Below are positions 1 to 12,654 of a stretch of DNA of 64,000 nucleotides, piece after piece. Both the position numbers and the translations under genes were made by a program. This stretch comes from an uncultured delta proteobacterium (lineage in GTDB: Bacteria; Desulfobacterota; BSN033; UBA1163). Numbering within the stretch: position 1 is the first letter of the stretch; each line of letters begins with the position of its first letter. Location: contig CAWHBU010000006.1 in assembly GCA_963827685.1 (NCBI GenBank), positions 256,001 through 320,000 on the forward strand. The letters are read 5' to 3'. The notes beneath the pieces were generated by a model. That model had not been told where the DNA came from, searched no databases, and saw only the letters and a program-made list of their open reading frames with translations.

Positions 1-54
1 GGGCGAGGTCTCCGGAACCAAAGGCCGTGAGTTCAACTTCCACATCGCCCACCA
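1..54 (+). tRNA. Partial/degenerate tRNA-Arg(CCG)
   Basis: GGT-CTCCGGA-ACC anticodon arm (CCG), GTGAG-TTCAACT-TCCAC imperfect T arm, ATCGCCC-A-CCA 3' end; no D arm visible; starts at window edge. Confidence 0.6.
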
Positions 55-88
55 CAATTTTTCATTCTGAGCAGGGGCATACGAATCA

Positions 89-514
89 ATGAAGAAATGG
101 ATCGTAGCTTTATTATCCTTACTCTTGATCGCTGTGTTGCTCTTGATCTCTAGCCCTTTCAACATCTTCAAACCATCGATGACCAAAAAGGAGAGTAAAG
201 AGAAGCCCGGAATTCTTCTTACCCAGGACGAGAAAAAAAAGGAGCAGACCGATCCTCATCTCATTTTGGTCTTAAAGAGATTGCGCGAGAAACTCGATGA
301 ATGGCTAAAATCGCTCAACGACCGGATCGAGAGTGAAGATATCACCCGTTTAGAGGCTCGGTTCTTAGAGATTTTGAGAAGTATCTTGGAATGGGTGAGA
401 GAGAAGGTCGATGCAAAGATCGAATCTTATGAAAAGGAAGAACCCCAGAAAAAAGAAAGAGGATTGTTTAGGGAGACTCACCAGAGAGTGTTTCCATTCT
501 TCGAAGTAGGATGA
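89..514 (+). CDS. Hypothetical protein with N-terminal membrane anchor and helical domain
   Basis: 141 aa ORF with hydrophobic N-terminus. Confidence 0.65.
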   Translation: MKKWIVALLSLLLIAVLLLISSPFNIFKPSMTKKESKEKPGILLTQDEKKKEQTDPHLILVLKRLREKLDEWLKSLNDRIESEDITRLEARFLEILRSILEWVREKVDAKIESYEKEEPQKKERGLFRETHQRVFPFFEVG

Positions 515-693
515 GAGAAGAAAAGGTATTCATTCCGTCCAATGGGATCCAATTGGAGGACTTCTTGAGCAATCATAAGGCTTTTCTTGTTAAAGGGTTT
601 ATCAATCGTCTGTGGACGGTTTCAACCAATACGGAGAGAAAGATTGAGATGGTTTTAGACTATCCTGGTTATGAGATCCGGATTTCAAATTAA
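511..693 (+). pseudogene. Possible N-terminal remnant of an alpha/beta hydrolase
   Basis: MREEKVFIPSNGIQLE resembles hydrolase N-termini, then the ORF degenerates; ATGA overlap with upstream gene. Confidence 0.3.
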
Positions 694-728
694 AAAAGAG
701 GAAAGAGAACAATTGAGAGAGGCAACTT

Positions 729-1250
729 ATGAACATGAAAAAGTCTTTGATCTTCTTGATTGTTGTGTTCTTAAGCTTTTTAATATCCACCTCAGTCTGT
801 TTTGCCATAGGTGATGACCAGTATAGCCGTTCATCGCTTAAAGACCTTAAGAAAGTATCTGTGGTTGTACAAATTGAAAAACCGTTGTCTGAGGATTTTA
901 AGAAAGTGGGTCTTACTGAAGAAAGAATCCGAACTGGCATAGAGCTGAAACTTCAGGAGGCAAAGATCGATGTTGTATACGCAACGGATTTAACTCCGGA
1001 GGCCCCGATTCTGCACGTGGAAATCGATGGGTCGAATAGAAACGGCAAAACCTTTTCATTTCTTATTGAAGTTGAATTATGGCAAAAGGGCTTTTTGAAG
1101 CGAGACCCTAAACTTGAGGTGATTGCTGGAACATGGTCCACAGGAGTTTTTGGTTCAGGACTAGCCTCAAATATGGCAAACGACATGATGAGATTGATTA
1201 ACAGTATGATGGACACCTTTGTTAAGGCTTACTTGTCAGTAAATCCTTAA
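729..1250 (+). CDS. Hypothetical exported protein
   Basis: 173 aa, signal peptide ending VCFA, GAGG RBS. Confidence 0.7.
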   Translation: MNMKKSLIFLIVVFLSFLISTSVCFAIGDDQYSRSSLKDLKKVSVVVQIEKPLSEDFKKVGLTEERIRTGIELKLQEAKIDVVYATDLTPEAPILHVEIDGSNRNGKTFSFLIEVELWQKGFLKRDPKLEVIAGTWSTGVFGSGLASNMANDMMRLINSMMDTFVKAYLSVNP

Positions 1251-1541
1251 GGAAAACTCCTTGGATCATCATCCTTTTGATTAAAAAGAGAACTTTATCG
1301 GAGCATTCATGCGTTTTCTGGATTTTCCACTTTTTAAGAAATCTTCATATAAATTTAATACCTGTTTAATCTTTCTTTTGGGATATTCCTTAATGATTTA
1401 TAGCGAGAGATTACATCTGAAAGATGAGGAAATTTTATCCCGGAAAACTTGATCCATGGTCCCTATTCTGAGTAATAACGATAAATCGTCAACTGCCGGC
1501 CAGAAAGGGAAGCGATTCAATAATACACAGAGGGGAAAATA

Positions 1542-2069
1542 GTGATGTATGGAAAATTCATCGGAATCCTCGTTTCCATGATTATAGGAGGATTACTTAC
1601 AGGAACAGTTTACTCTGCTGATACAAAGATTGGATCGGTTGATATGCAGAAGGCAGTGAATGAATGTAATGCAGGGAAAGAGGCCAAAAAGGTACTCACC
1701 AAAGAGGTGGAAAAATTCCAGCGCCTCATCGCTGAGAAGCAGAAAGAGATTCAAGAGATGAAAGAATCTCTGGAAAAACAGGGTCTGATGCTGAACCCTG
1801 AAACGAGGGTAGCAAGAGAAAAGGAGTTACAGGCTAAAGTTCGAGATTTTCAGAGATGGGGGGAGGACGTTCAGAATGAGGTCAATCAGAAACGGATTGA
1901 GGAAGAGAGGAACATTTCCATCGGCCTTATAAAGGTAGTTCAAGAGATTGGGGCAAATGAAGGATACACCTTCATCCTGCAAAAGAACGAGAACATTGTG
2001 CTCTTTGCTTCCAAGCCTACTGACATTACAGATCAGGTCATTAAGGCCTATGATGTCGGGAAGAAATAG
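1542..2069 (+). CDS. skp: OmpH/Skp periplasmic chaperone (copy 1)
   Basis: Signal peptide; KIGSVDMQKA start, coiled coil, GYTFIL...DITDQVIKAYD end. Confidence 0.9.
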   Translation: MMYGKFIGILVSMIIGGLLTGTVYSADTKIGSVDMQKAVNECNAGKEAKKVLTKEVEKFQRLIAEKQKEIQEMKESLEKQGLMLNPETRVAREKELQAKVRDFQRWGEDVQNEVNQKRIEEERNISIGLIKVVQEIGANEGYTFILQKNENIVLFASKPTDITDQVIKAYDVGKK

Positions 2070-2173
2070 GACTAATAAAGGTTATAAGGATAAAAGGGGA
2101 TGGATATTAAGGTTAGAAAAATTATGATTCCAGTTCTGGAATTGACAAAGAGAAAGAAAGGAGATGGGAAGGG

Positions 2174-2893
2174 ATGGGAAGGGAGAGGATTATTTGTCTA
2201 TTTCTTTTTGTTGTTCTTATTTTCGTTTTTTCTTCATGCCACCCTCGTCATGTTTCAGATGTTAAACCTAACATGACGAAAGAAGAAGTGGTCTCTTTGT
2301 GGGGGAGAACACCCCTTATCACCGATAGGACTGTTAATGGGAGACCTACTGAAACCTGGGAATACCATTTTTCAAACTCCAATTCTATTTGTTGGGTTAC
2401 TTTTTCTCAAGATAGCGTCGTGGCTACGCAATGTCGCCCTCTACGAAGGGGAGGGTATGGGTATTATTACCAGTCGGAGCGGAACAAACCGGGATCCCCT
2501 CCCATTGAAAAAAGCTTGGTCCGCGAAGGTTCTTTGGCAATGAAGCTGGCTGAGGCACTGAAGATAGGGGAGGTTAAGAGCGAGGCAGAAGCGGAGAGCA
2601 GACTGGCCCAAATAGGTATCGCACCCCGTAACGGATGGATTGCTGATTATCCGGTGACGCCTGATATTATCGGTGAGTTGCAAAATGCTATTGGTGCAGC
2701 AGTGGATTCCGGCAAATTAGCGATGAAGAAGGATGAAGCAATGAAGGCGTTTGAGGATCTCATTTTGGATATCGAAAGTCAGTATGCTGGAGTTGAGCCG
2801 CCCCCCGAGGGGCAACCCCCTCCTGAACCATATTATTATTATCCATACCCCTATTACCCCTACTACTACCCTTATCGCCGTCATTGGAGGTAA
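2174..2893 (+). CDS. Lipoprotein with BamE/SmpA-like N-terminal domain and Pro/Tyr-rich tail
   Basis: Lipobox FSSC; MTKEEVVSLWG..P..WEY..VTF pattern; C-terminal PYYYYPYPYYPYYYPY. Confidence 0.65.
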   Translation: MGRERIICLFLFVVLIFVFSSCHPRHVSDVKPNMTKEEVVSLWGRTPLITDRTVNGRPTETWEYHFSNSNSICWVTFSQDSVVATQCRPLRRGGYGYYYQSERNKPGSPPIEKSLVREGSLAMKLAEALKIGEVKSEAEAESRLAQIGIAPRNGWIADYPVTPDIIGELQNAIGAAVDSGKLAMKKDEAMKAFEDLILDIESQYAGVEPPPEGQPPPEPYYYYPYPYYPYYYPYRRHWR

Positions 2894-3098
2894 CAAATGG
2901 TTTGTATGTCCATGAAGGGCTTGTCTGAGGGGGAGATATCGAGATACTCCCGAATGCAGAGCCAAGAAGAATCCTTATCTACCTTTACAAAATGGGCTGA
3001 CAAGAGGTCGGAGGCCAGATGAAGAAAAGAGAAAGATTTTAGGTGAGAAATAGATTTTAATGATCTTTTTATCACAATAACGACAGATAAAAATTCAG

Positions 3099-5357
3099 GT
3101 GCCAAACATGATTATGAGACGAATGGGGCTTGCCTTCCTTGTCTTCTCTCTCCTCGTAGGGATATGTGCTGGAGCGGAGGAAAACATTTACAAGGTCATG
3201 ATCCTTGGAAATGTAAAGGTTGAAGAAGGGGTCATTCGAGGAGCGATCAAGAGCCGGGAGGGAGGTCCCTTTTCTGTCGAGAAGGTCCGTGAGGATCTAC
3301 GATCTATTTTTGATTTGGGTTCCTTCACCGATGTTCAAGTGGACATCAAATCGACCCCTCAGGGCAAAGAAGTGATCTTCATTGTCGCGGAAAAGCCTTC
3401 GATCAAAGAGATCTTGATCAAGGGAAATGACAAGGTGAAGCTGGACGATATCAAAGAGAAGATGACCCTCAAGACACGCTCGATCCTCAACCTCGAAAAG
3501 GTGAAAGAGGATTCGGAACAGATCCGGAAACTTTATTTCTCGAAAGGTTATTATGGGGTCAAGGTGGAATATAAGGTCGACTATCTGGAAACCAATGAAG
3601 CCATAGTCACTTTTACAGTCTCGGAAGGCCCTAAGGGACATATCCAAAAAATAGTCTTCAAGGGGAACAAGCATATTAAAACCTCCGAATTGAAGAAGGG
3701 GATGACGACCAAACGGAGGAATATTTTTTCCATCATCACCAAGACCGGGACCTTAGATGAAGATGTTCTTAAAAATGACCTTCAACTCCTGACCGCCTAC
3801 TATTATGATCATGGGTATCTCGAAGCGAAGATCTCTGAACCCAAGGTCGATCTCTCCAACCCGAAAAAGATCCGGATCGAGATTGGGATTGTGGAAGGAC
3901 CTCAATATCATCTCGGGAATATCGACTTCAAAGGGGATCTCCTCACCACCAAAGAAGCCCTCTTCAAAGTTCTCAAAATAAAGCGGGGAGACGTCTTTAG
4001 CAACACGGCCATTCGAAAGGAGGTCAATGCCCTCACGGAAAAGTTTGCCAATCAAGGCTATGCTTATGTAGAGGTCAACCCTGAAACCTCCGTGGACAAT
4101 AAGAATCTCTTAGTCCACCTCACCTTTGAAATTGAAAAGAAGAAAAGCGTCTATTATGAAAAGATTCAGGTCGTTGGGAATACGAAGACCCGTGACAAGG
4201 TGATCCGCAGGGAGCTCCGGGTGGCCGAAGGAGACCTTTACAACGCTACCGATATGAATTATAGTCGCGACCGACTGAAAAGGACAGGGTTCTTTAAAGA
4301 GGTGGACTTTACCACCAGCCGTGGGAGCACCGAAGAAAAAATCAACCTTGATATCAAAGTCGAGGAGGCTCCGACAGGTGCCCTCAGTTTCGGAATTGGG
4401 TATAGTACCATCGAGAGCGTCGTGGGCTCTGCCTCGATCTCCGACCGCAATCTCTTCGGTTTGGGCTATTTTGGAATGTTGAAGTTCAGCCTGGGATTTG
4501 AAACCCAAAGTGCTCGGTTGAGCCTTACAGACCCCTATTTTTTGGGATATCCTTATGCGGCAGGTTTTGACCTCTATCACGAAAGGGTGGAGATCTTCAC
4601 AACTTATTCCTGGAAAATTACAGGAGGGGATATCCGTTTCGGAAAGGAATTGACCGATAAGATTCGCATTGATGCGATGTATAAATTGGAGAACGTCGAT
4701 GTCTATAATGTGGCAAGTGATGCCTCGATCTATATCATAGACCAGCAAGGGAAGAGGACGACCAGCGCCATTGCTTTAACCCCTTCCATTGATACCCGTG
4801 ACGACTTCTTCAATCCTCGTCGGGGAGGTCGACACAGCCTTTTCAATTCAAGACGCAGGAGGGTTTTTAGGAGGGGATAACTATTTCGTCAAGGTATTGG
4901 GACAGACCAGTTGGTTTTTCCCGTTACCTTTAAGAACAACCCTCAATCTTCGTGGCCAGGCCGGGTTCATTTCTCCTTATAGTGGAAAGCATTTACCGAT
5001 CTATGAAAAATTCTTCGTCGGAGGTATCAATACTGTCCGAGGCTTCGAGTACGGAATGGCGGGGCCTGTCTATAACCAACCGGAGATCCCCTTGGTGCGA
5101 AAAAGATGGTGGTCTTCAATGTGGACTGGATCTTCCCTTTGTCCCGTGAGATTGGCTTGCAAGGAGCTTTGTTCTTCGATATCGGGAAGGGATTTGATAA
5201 GTTTAGCGATATCACCCCGTTGAGATTCGGGGCGGGGCCTGGAATTCGTTGGTTCTCTCCGTTTGGCCCGATCCATATCGACCTGGGGTTTAACCTCAAC
5301 CGCAAAAAAGGGGAGAAAGGGCAAGTGATCGACTTTACAGGTGGATCCGTTTATTAA
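3099..5357 (+). pseudogene. bamA: BamA outer membrane assembly factor, split by two frameshifts (real or sequencing error)
   Basis: POTRA repeats (GNTKTRDKVIRRE), VRGF motif, WFSPFGPI, terminal SVY; segments 3099-4880, 4789-5223, 5106-5357. Confidence 0.9.
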
Positions 5358-5399
5358 AAAATTTGTATCGTGCAAACCTTAATCTAAGAGAGAGGAGAA

Positions 5400-5938
5400 A
5401 TGAAGATGGATGGAAAAAAGTTGGGTGTTGTCACAGGTGTTGCCGAGGAATGATCTTGTTGGGATGGTACGGGTCGGTTTGGGCTGCGGATTTAAAGGTG
5501 GCTTACGTCGATATCCAGAAGGCGATCAACGAGTGTAATGCCGGCAAGGAGGCGAAGAAAGTGATCACCAAGGATGTAGAAAAAATTCAACGTCTCGGCG
5601 CCGACAAGCAGAAGGAGCTCCAAACCATGAAAGAATCCTTTGAGAAGCAGACCCTCATGCTGACTCCGGAGGCCAGGGCACATAAAGAGAACGAATATCA
5701 AAGCAAACTTCGGGAGTTCCAGCGCTGGGCGGATGATACCCAGAATGAGATGAATCAGAAACGGATGGAGATGGAGCGAAACATCTCCACCGGGCTCATC
5801 AAGGTGATTCAAAAAGTGGGGACAGAAGAAGGTTACACCTTTATTCTGGAAAAGAACGAGAGCATTGTGCTCTACGCGTCCAAAGCCATCGAAATTACCG
5901 ATCGAGTGATCAAAGCGTTTGATGCCCAGAAGAAATAA
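5400..5938 (+). CDS. skp: OmpH/Skp chaperone (copy 2), apparent indel in signal-peptide region
   Basis: KVAYVDIQKAINECNAGKEAKK; clear paralog of 1542-2069; RBS-linked ATG at 5400 is out of frame with the mature domain. Confidence 0.85.
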
Positions 5939-6345
5939 TATGACCCAGAAATTCAAAATCCAAAGTCGCCAGTTCAATAGAATCCCTTGGGAATCCATTA
6001 AACCTGAAGGAGTTACGGCAAAACTTTCAGGTGTGCATGATGGGACTACTTCTCCTAAATTCCCACAAATTGGTTTGATTTTCAAGATCAGATGCACTTT
6101 TATCTTTGGATTCAAAATATCGTCTGCCGATATCCTCATCGCGAACGATGCGGTCTTCAACTGCCCATCTCTGAGAGTTCCAAACGTCTATGGTTCTGGT
6201 CTAAGCGGGCTTGAAGGATTAAGGAGGAAGTTAGAAAAATGAGCGGAGGATCACAGTATGGTAGGCTATGGATGTTACTGGCGAGACGCAACAGAAGGGT
6301 ATAAAACATATTGGGACACTCCCTGAAAGGAGAAAGCGATTAAGT

Positions 6346-6723
6346 ATGAAAAATAAATATGTGAACAAATTATTGTCTGTTACCGTTATTACACTTTTAC
6401 CTCTATTGGGTTGTGCAAGCACCAAATACCTCCCTTCAACCTCTGGAACCTATCCTCCTACAAGTAGTGCGGTGGTCTATTATTGGGACAAACCAGATAG
6501 ACCTTATATAGAGATGGGGACGATTAATGTCAAGGCACACAGCGAGACTGGGATGTTGGAGAAGTTCAAACAGAAGGCAATGGAAATAGGTGCTGATGGA
6601 GTCTTTATAAAGTCCATGGATAATCAGTTAAGGTTCGGTACCCATATATGGTTTTTACTACTGGCCTCTATTCGAGCAGAGGGTGTCGCAATAAAATTTA
6701 AAGATACATCACCCGAGAAATAG
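6346..6723 (+). CDS. Hypothetical lipoprotein
   Basis: Lipobox LLGC; PDRPYIEMG...KAMEIGADGV pattern (YbjQ-like fold possible). Confidence 0.7.
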   Translation: MKNKYVNKLLSVTVITLLPLLGCASTKYLPSTSGTYPPTSSAVVYYWDKPDRPYIEMGTINVKAHSETGMLEKFKQKAMEIGADGVFIKSMDNQLRFGTHIWFLLLASIRAEGVAIKFKDTSPEK

Positions 6724-7026
6724 GCAAAAAAAGCAAGAGGGATAAGTAACGGAGGCAATCGTGAAAATGGCGGCGAAGTCTGTATTAAATAGTGTGCGAA
6801 AGTTAGGATTTAACCTTTCAGAAAATGTGAAGCACGGTATTGACTTGTTCCTGTAGTTCGCACATCTAAAATTTGCTATAATAGTGCAGATTAATCAGTA
6901 ATGAACCAAGCTAAAAAGCAATTTCCGATCACTAGTCAATCAGTTATCAGTTACAAAATTAGGTTTTAGATTTGGCTGGAATTTGTTTTATGATAGAACG
7001 CAAAAAAACAATAGGGAGGTGAAAAA

Positions 7027-7341
7027 ATGAAAAAACTGATTGTTATCTTTTTGGTGGTTATCTTCGCATTAGGCGTATCCATCCTCGCCTATGCACAAAA
7101 CCCCGAAGCAGCAAAGCCACAAGAAAAAGTGTCTATTGAAGAGAGGAAAGCAAAGATAATCTCGTCAATTGACGAACGCATTAAGATGCTTCAAGAAGAA
7201 AAGGCCTGCGTTTCTGCTGCAAAAACACCTGAGGATTTAAGGAAATGCAGAGAAAAATTCAGGGAAGAAAGAAAAGGGTCTTGGGAAGAGAGGAAAGAGC
7301 AGAGGAAAAAACAATTCTCTTCAAGGTATTGTGTTGCTTAG
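7027..7341 (+). CDS. Small exported helical protein
   Basis: GGAGGTG RBS; signal peptide ending AYA; Cys pair. Confidence 0.75.
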   Translation: MKKLIVIFLVVIFALGVSILAYAQNPEAAKPQEKVSIEERKAKIISSIDERIKMLQEEKACVSAAKTPEDLRKCREKFREERKGSWEERKEQRKKQFSSRYCVA

Positions 7342-7511
7342 GACAAAGCGGTAGATAAAAGGCCGCCGCTATGAAACATCAAAACCACAAAAAATCATTA
7401 TCAGTATCCTGAATAATATATGTGGTTTAATACCCATCCTGTAAAATGGCAAAATGGGATGATCCTATTTAGCGGCGGAAGGGGGCAAACTGTAACCTGT
7501 CTGAGATAATT

Positions 7512-8889
7512 ATGCGACGAACAGTTGGAATCACGATCCTGGTAGTTATCGGGCTGGTGGTGATCGGTGGCGTTGGGGTGTGGTGGTTCCGGACCAAAGG
7601 GGACAAGGGGCCGAGGTTACGCACGGTGCCGGTGAAACGGGGCGATCTGGCGGCGACGATCAGCGCAACGGGCACGGTCGAACCAGAGGCAGCAGTGGAC
7701 GTGGGCGCTCAGGTTGCGGGGGTGATTATCGCCTTCGGCAAGGACAAACACGGGAGGGATATTGACTGGGGATCGGTCGTGGATGCGGGCACGGTACTGG
7801 CGAAAATTGACGATTCACTATACGCCGCTGCCGTGGAAACTGCTAAGGCCCAATTCCAGCAGGCCGCCGCCAACAAGATCAGCGCCGATGCCAATGTGCT
7901 CCAGATGAAAGCGAGGTTGCTGCAGGCCCAGGCGGACTGGAATCGGGCACAGAAGCTCGGTCCATCCGACGCGTTATCACAGAGCGCTTACGACCAGTAC
8001 CAAGCCAATTACGAGGTCGCCAAGGCCAATCTGGCGGCGGCCGAGGCCGCCGTCGAGCAAACGAAGGCAGCGGTGGCCCAAGCAAAGGCCAGCCTCACCA
8101 CCGCGCAGATCAATCTCGGTTACTGTACCATCAAGTCGCCGATCAGAGGTGTGATTGTTGACCGGCGAGTTAACATCGGCCAGACAGTCGTGTCCAGCCT
8201 GAGTGCGCCGAGTCTGTTCCTCATTGCGAAAGACCTTAAGCGCATTCAGGTTTGGGTGTCGGTCAACGAAGCCGACATCGGCAGCATTTCTAAAGGCCAG
8301 CCAGTGACGTTCACCGTGGACGCGTATCCCGACCACGTATTCCAAGGGAAAGTCGGCCAAGTTCGGCTCAACGCGACGATGACGCAGAACGTCGTCACTT
8401 ACACCGTCGAGGTGGATACCAACAACGACGACGGCAAACTGTTGCCCTACATGACAGCCAACGCGCAGTTCAAGATCGGCCGTCGGCAAGGCGTGCTGCT
8501 GGTTCCGAATGCGGCGCTGCGTTGGTCACCGCGGCCCAACCAGATCGCGCCGGCACCTCGCCAAACGCCCCACGCTCCGGCCGGCTCCTCGAGCCGGGAA
8601 AGTGCCGGTAGGCTTTGGCCCCATGGGTGTGCCGCTGGCGCATGGAACCATATGGGTCGAGCAAGGCAAATTTGTCCGGCCTGTCCGCGTGAAAACCGGG
8701 CTGACTGACGGCACATTGACAGAGGTCGAAGGTAAGGATTTGACCGAGGGCCTGCGCGTGGTCGTTGGGGAAGCGACGCAGGAAGCCGCAGTCGGCCCAA
8801 GCGCTGACCGGAGTCCGTTCACGCCCCAAATGGGGCGGGGGCCACGTCAAGGCCAGAGTCGCCCGGACGGTCCGGGTGGTGAACGCTGA
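7512..8889 (+). pseudogene. macA: MacA-like efflux periplasmic adaptor, one frameshift near 8530-8640
   Basis: ATGTVEP, VGAQVAG, TIKSPIRG, NEADIG motifs; C-terminus VKTGLTDG continues in the 8509-8889 frame. Confidence 0.85.
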
Positions 8890-8913
8890 TGTTGGCGGAG
8901 GAGTGACCCGATC

Positions 8914-9621
8914 ATGGATTTGATCGAACTGCGGGACATTCACAAGACGTACCATCTCGGTGAGGTGGATCTGCCAGTGCTCAAAGGCGTATCGCTGAAC
9001 GTCGCCCACGGCGAACTCATGGCGTTGATGGGCGTCAGCGGCTCCGGCAAAAGCACACTGATGAATATCCTCGGTTGCTTGGATCACCCGACTTCAGGCG
9101 AGTACTGGCTGGACGGCCACGAAATCTCCGGGCAGACGGCAAAGGAACGCGCCCGGCTGCGGAATCGGATAATCGGGTTCGTTTTTCAAAACTACAACTT
9201 GCTGCCGCGCACGACGGCGTTGGAGAACGTCTTGATGCCGCTGAGCTTACACCAAGGAGAACCTCAGTGAGCATCAAAAGAAACAGCGCGCCGCCGAGTT
9301 GCTCCTGAAAGTTGGCTTGGCGGATCGCATTAATCACCAGCCGTCTCAACTTTCCGGCGGCGAACAGCAGCGCGTGGCGATCGCCCGGTCGCTGGTCAAC
9401 CGGCCACGGGTGCTCCTCGCTGACGAGCCGACCGGCAACCTCGACTCGCGCACCAGCGAGGAACTCCTCCAGATGTTCCAGCAGCTCAACAGCGCCGACG
9501 GCATCACCATCATCCTCGTCACCCACGATCCCGGCGTGGCACAACACGCCCAGCGGATCATTCGCATCAAGGATGGCCTCATCGAGAGCGGCACGGGTCC
9601 ATCCAAACCCGGAGGTGCCGC

Positions 9622-9625
<4 letters not shown>
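8914..9625 (+). pseudogene. MacB/LolD-type ABC ATP-binding protein, one frameshift near 9250
   Basis: Walker A GVSGSGKST in first frame; LSGGEQQRVAIAR, LLADEPTG, VTHD in second frame. Confidence 0.9.
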
Positions 9626-10987
<1,362 letters not shown>

Positions 10988-10995
<8 letters not shown>

Positions 10996-12478
10996 GGTAG
11001 CACTGATGAATGAGAAAGAACAACCGCGCTCCGTTTCGGTCTTGGTAGCGGCGGTGGGTTTAGCCGTGTTGGTAGTAAGCGGGTGCATGGTCGGCCCGAA
11101 TTATCATCCGCCGCAACCGACAGTCCCCACTACATGGGTCGGCGTGACGGAGACGCCGACTGGCCAACCGTCTGTGGCCACTGCGCAGCCAGCCGACCTC
11201 ACGCAGTGGTGGCAGCAGTTCAACGACCCGACATTGACCGCGCTGGTCGAGGAAGCGGTGAAGACGAACCTCGACCTGCGGCTTGCCGAGGCGCGCTTGC
11301 GCCAAGCCCGCGCCACGCGGGGCGTAGCCGTGGGTGGTTTGTGGCCGGCGGTCACTGCCTCTGGCAGTTACCAGCGATTGCACACGGCGGGCGTCACGCC
11401 GGACAACCAAGTACAAAATCTTTATCAGGCGGGTTTGGACGCTGTGTGGGAACTCGACCTGTTTGGCGGCTACCGCCGCAATGTCGAATCCGCCAACGCC
11501 AACATCCGGGCCGCGATCGAAAATATCCGCGACGTGCAGGTCAGCCTTATTGCCGAAGTGGCGCTCAATTATATCCAACTCCGCGGTTACCAGCAGGAGA
11601 TCCTGATCGCGCAAAACAATCTGAAAGCCCAGCAGCAAACCTCTGAGATCACTCATAAACGATTGGACGTGGGTTTCGCCAGTGCGCTCGACGCCGCCAA
11701 CGCCGACTCTGACGTCGCGACGACTGAGTCTCAAATCCCGGTCTTTGAAACCGCCGCGCAACAATCCATCTACGCGTTGAGTGTGCTGTTGGCCCGGCCG
11801 CCGGCGGATTTGTTGAAGCAGTTGTCGCCGACGGGCAACCTGCCCAGCGTGCCAGCGCAAGTCCCCGCCGGTTTGCCGTCGGACTTGCTGCGGCGCCGGC
11901 CCGACATTCGCGAGTCTGAGGCGCAACTGCATGCCGCCACCGCCCAAATCGGTGTCGCTATCGCTAACCTCTTTCCTAGGTTTTCACTAACCGGCACGGT
12001 GAACTGGCAGAGCAACCTGCTGCGCACGTGGTGGACTGAAGCCAGCCGCTCGTTCGGCGTCGGTCCCTCGGTGAGTTGGCCGATTTTCCAGGGCGGCGCG
12101 ATTGTGTCGAACGTACGTTTGCAGAAGGCGCTACGCGACCAGGCGTTCATCGCGTACCAGAAAACAGTCCTGGCGGCGTTTCAGGATGTCGAGAATGCGT
12201 TGATTGCGTTTGCCAAGGAACAGCAGCACCGCAAGGCGCTTAACGACGCCGTTGTCGCCAACCGCAAGGCCGTGGACTTCTCATTGCAGCTTTACACCGA
12301 GGGCCAGATCGATTTTCTCAACGTGCTCAATGCCCAGCGTTCGCTTTACGCCTCCGAAGACGCGTTGGTGCAGAGCGAGCGGAACATCGCCACCGATCTC
12401 ATCGCCCTCTACAAAGCCTTGGGCGGCGGTTGGGAATCCGTGCCGTTTGGTAAGTTGGACACTACTCAGGGAAAATGA
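10988..12478 (+). CDS. TolC/NodT-family efflux outer membrane lipoprotein
   Basis: Lipobox VSGC-MVGPNY; WELDLFG; LPSDLLRRRPD; LYKALGGGW. Confidence 0.95.
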
Positions 12479-12654
12479 TAGCGTTTGAGTTCACAATTGA
12501 GTGGGTGTCTCCACAGATACCAAATCGTTAACGCCTCAATGCTTAGAAGACCGCTTTACGGGCTGCCCTCTTTATGCACATTTCTAATCGTAATGGTTGA
12601 CATTGGGGGTTGTATTAGATTGAAGAGTAGTGAAATGCTCAAAACGAAGCTTCA

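Noticed and set aside
5919-6242. 107-aa ORF after skp
   Set aside because: No motif or clear RBS; overlaps a hairpin near 6002-6032
4830-9260. Programmed ribosomal frameshifting in bamA, macA or the ABC gene
   Set aside because: No clear slippery heptamer with downstream structure; single indels explain each break
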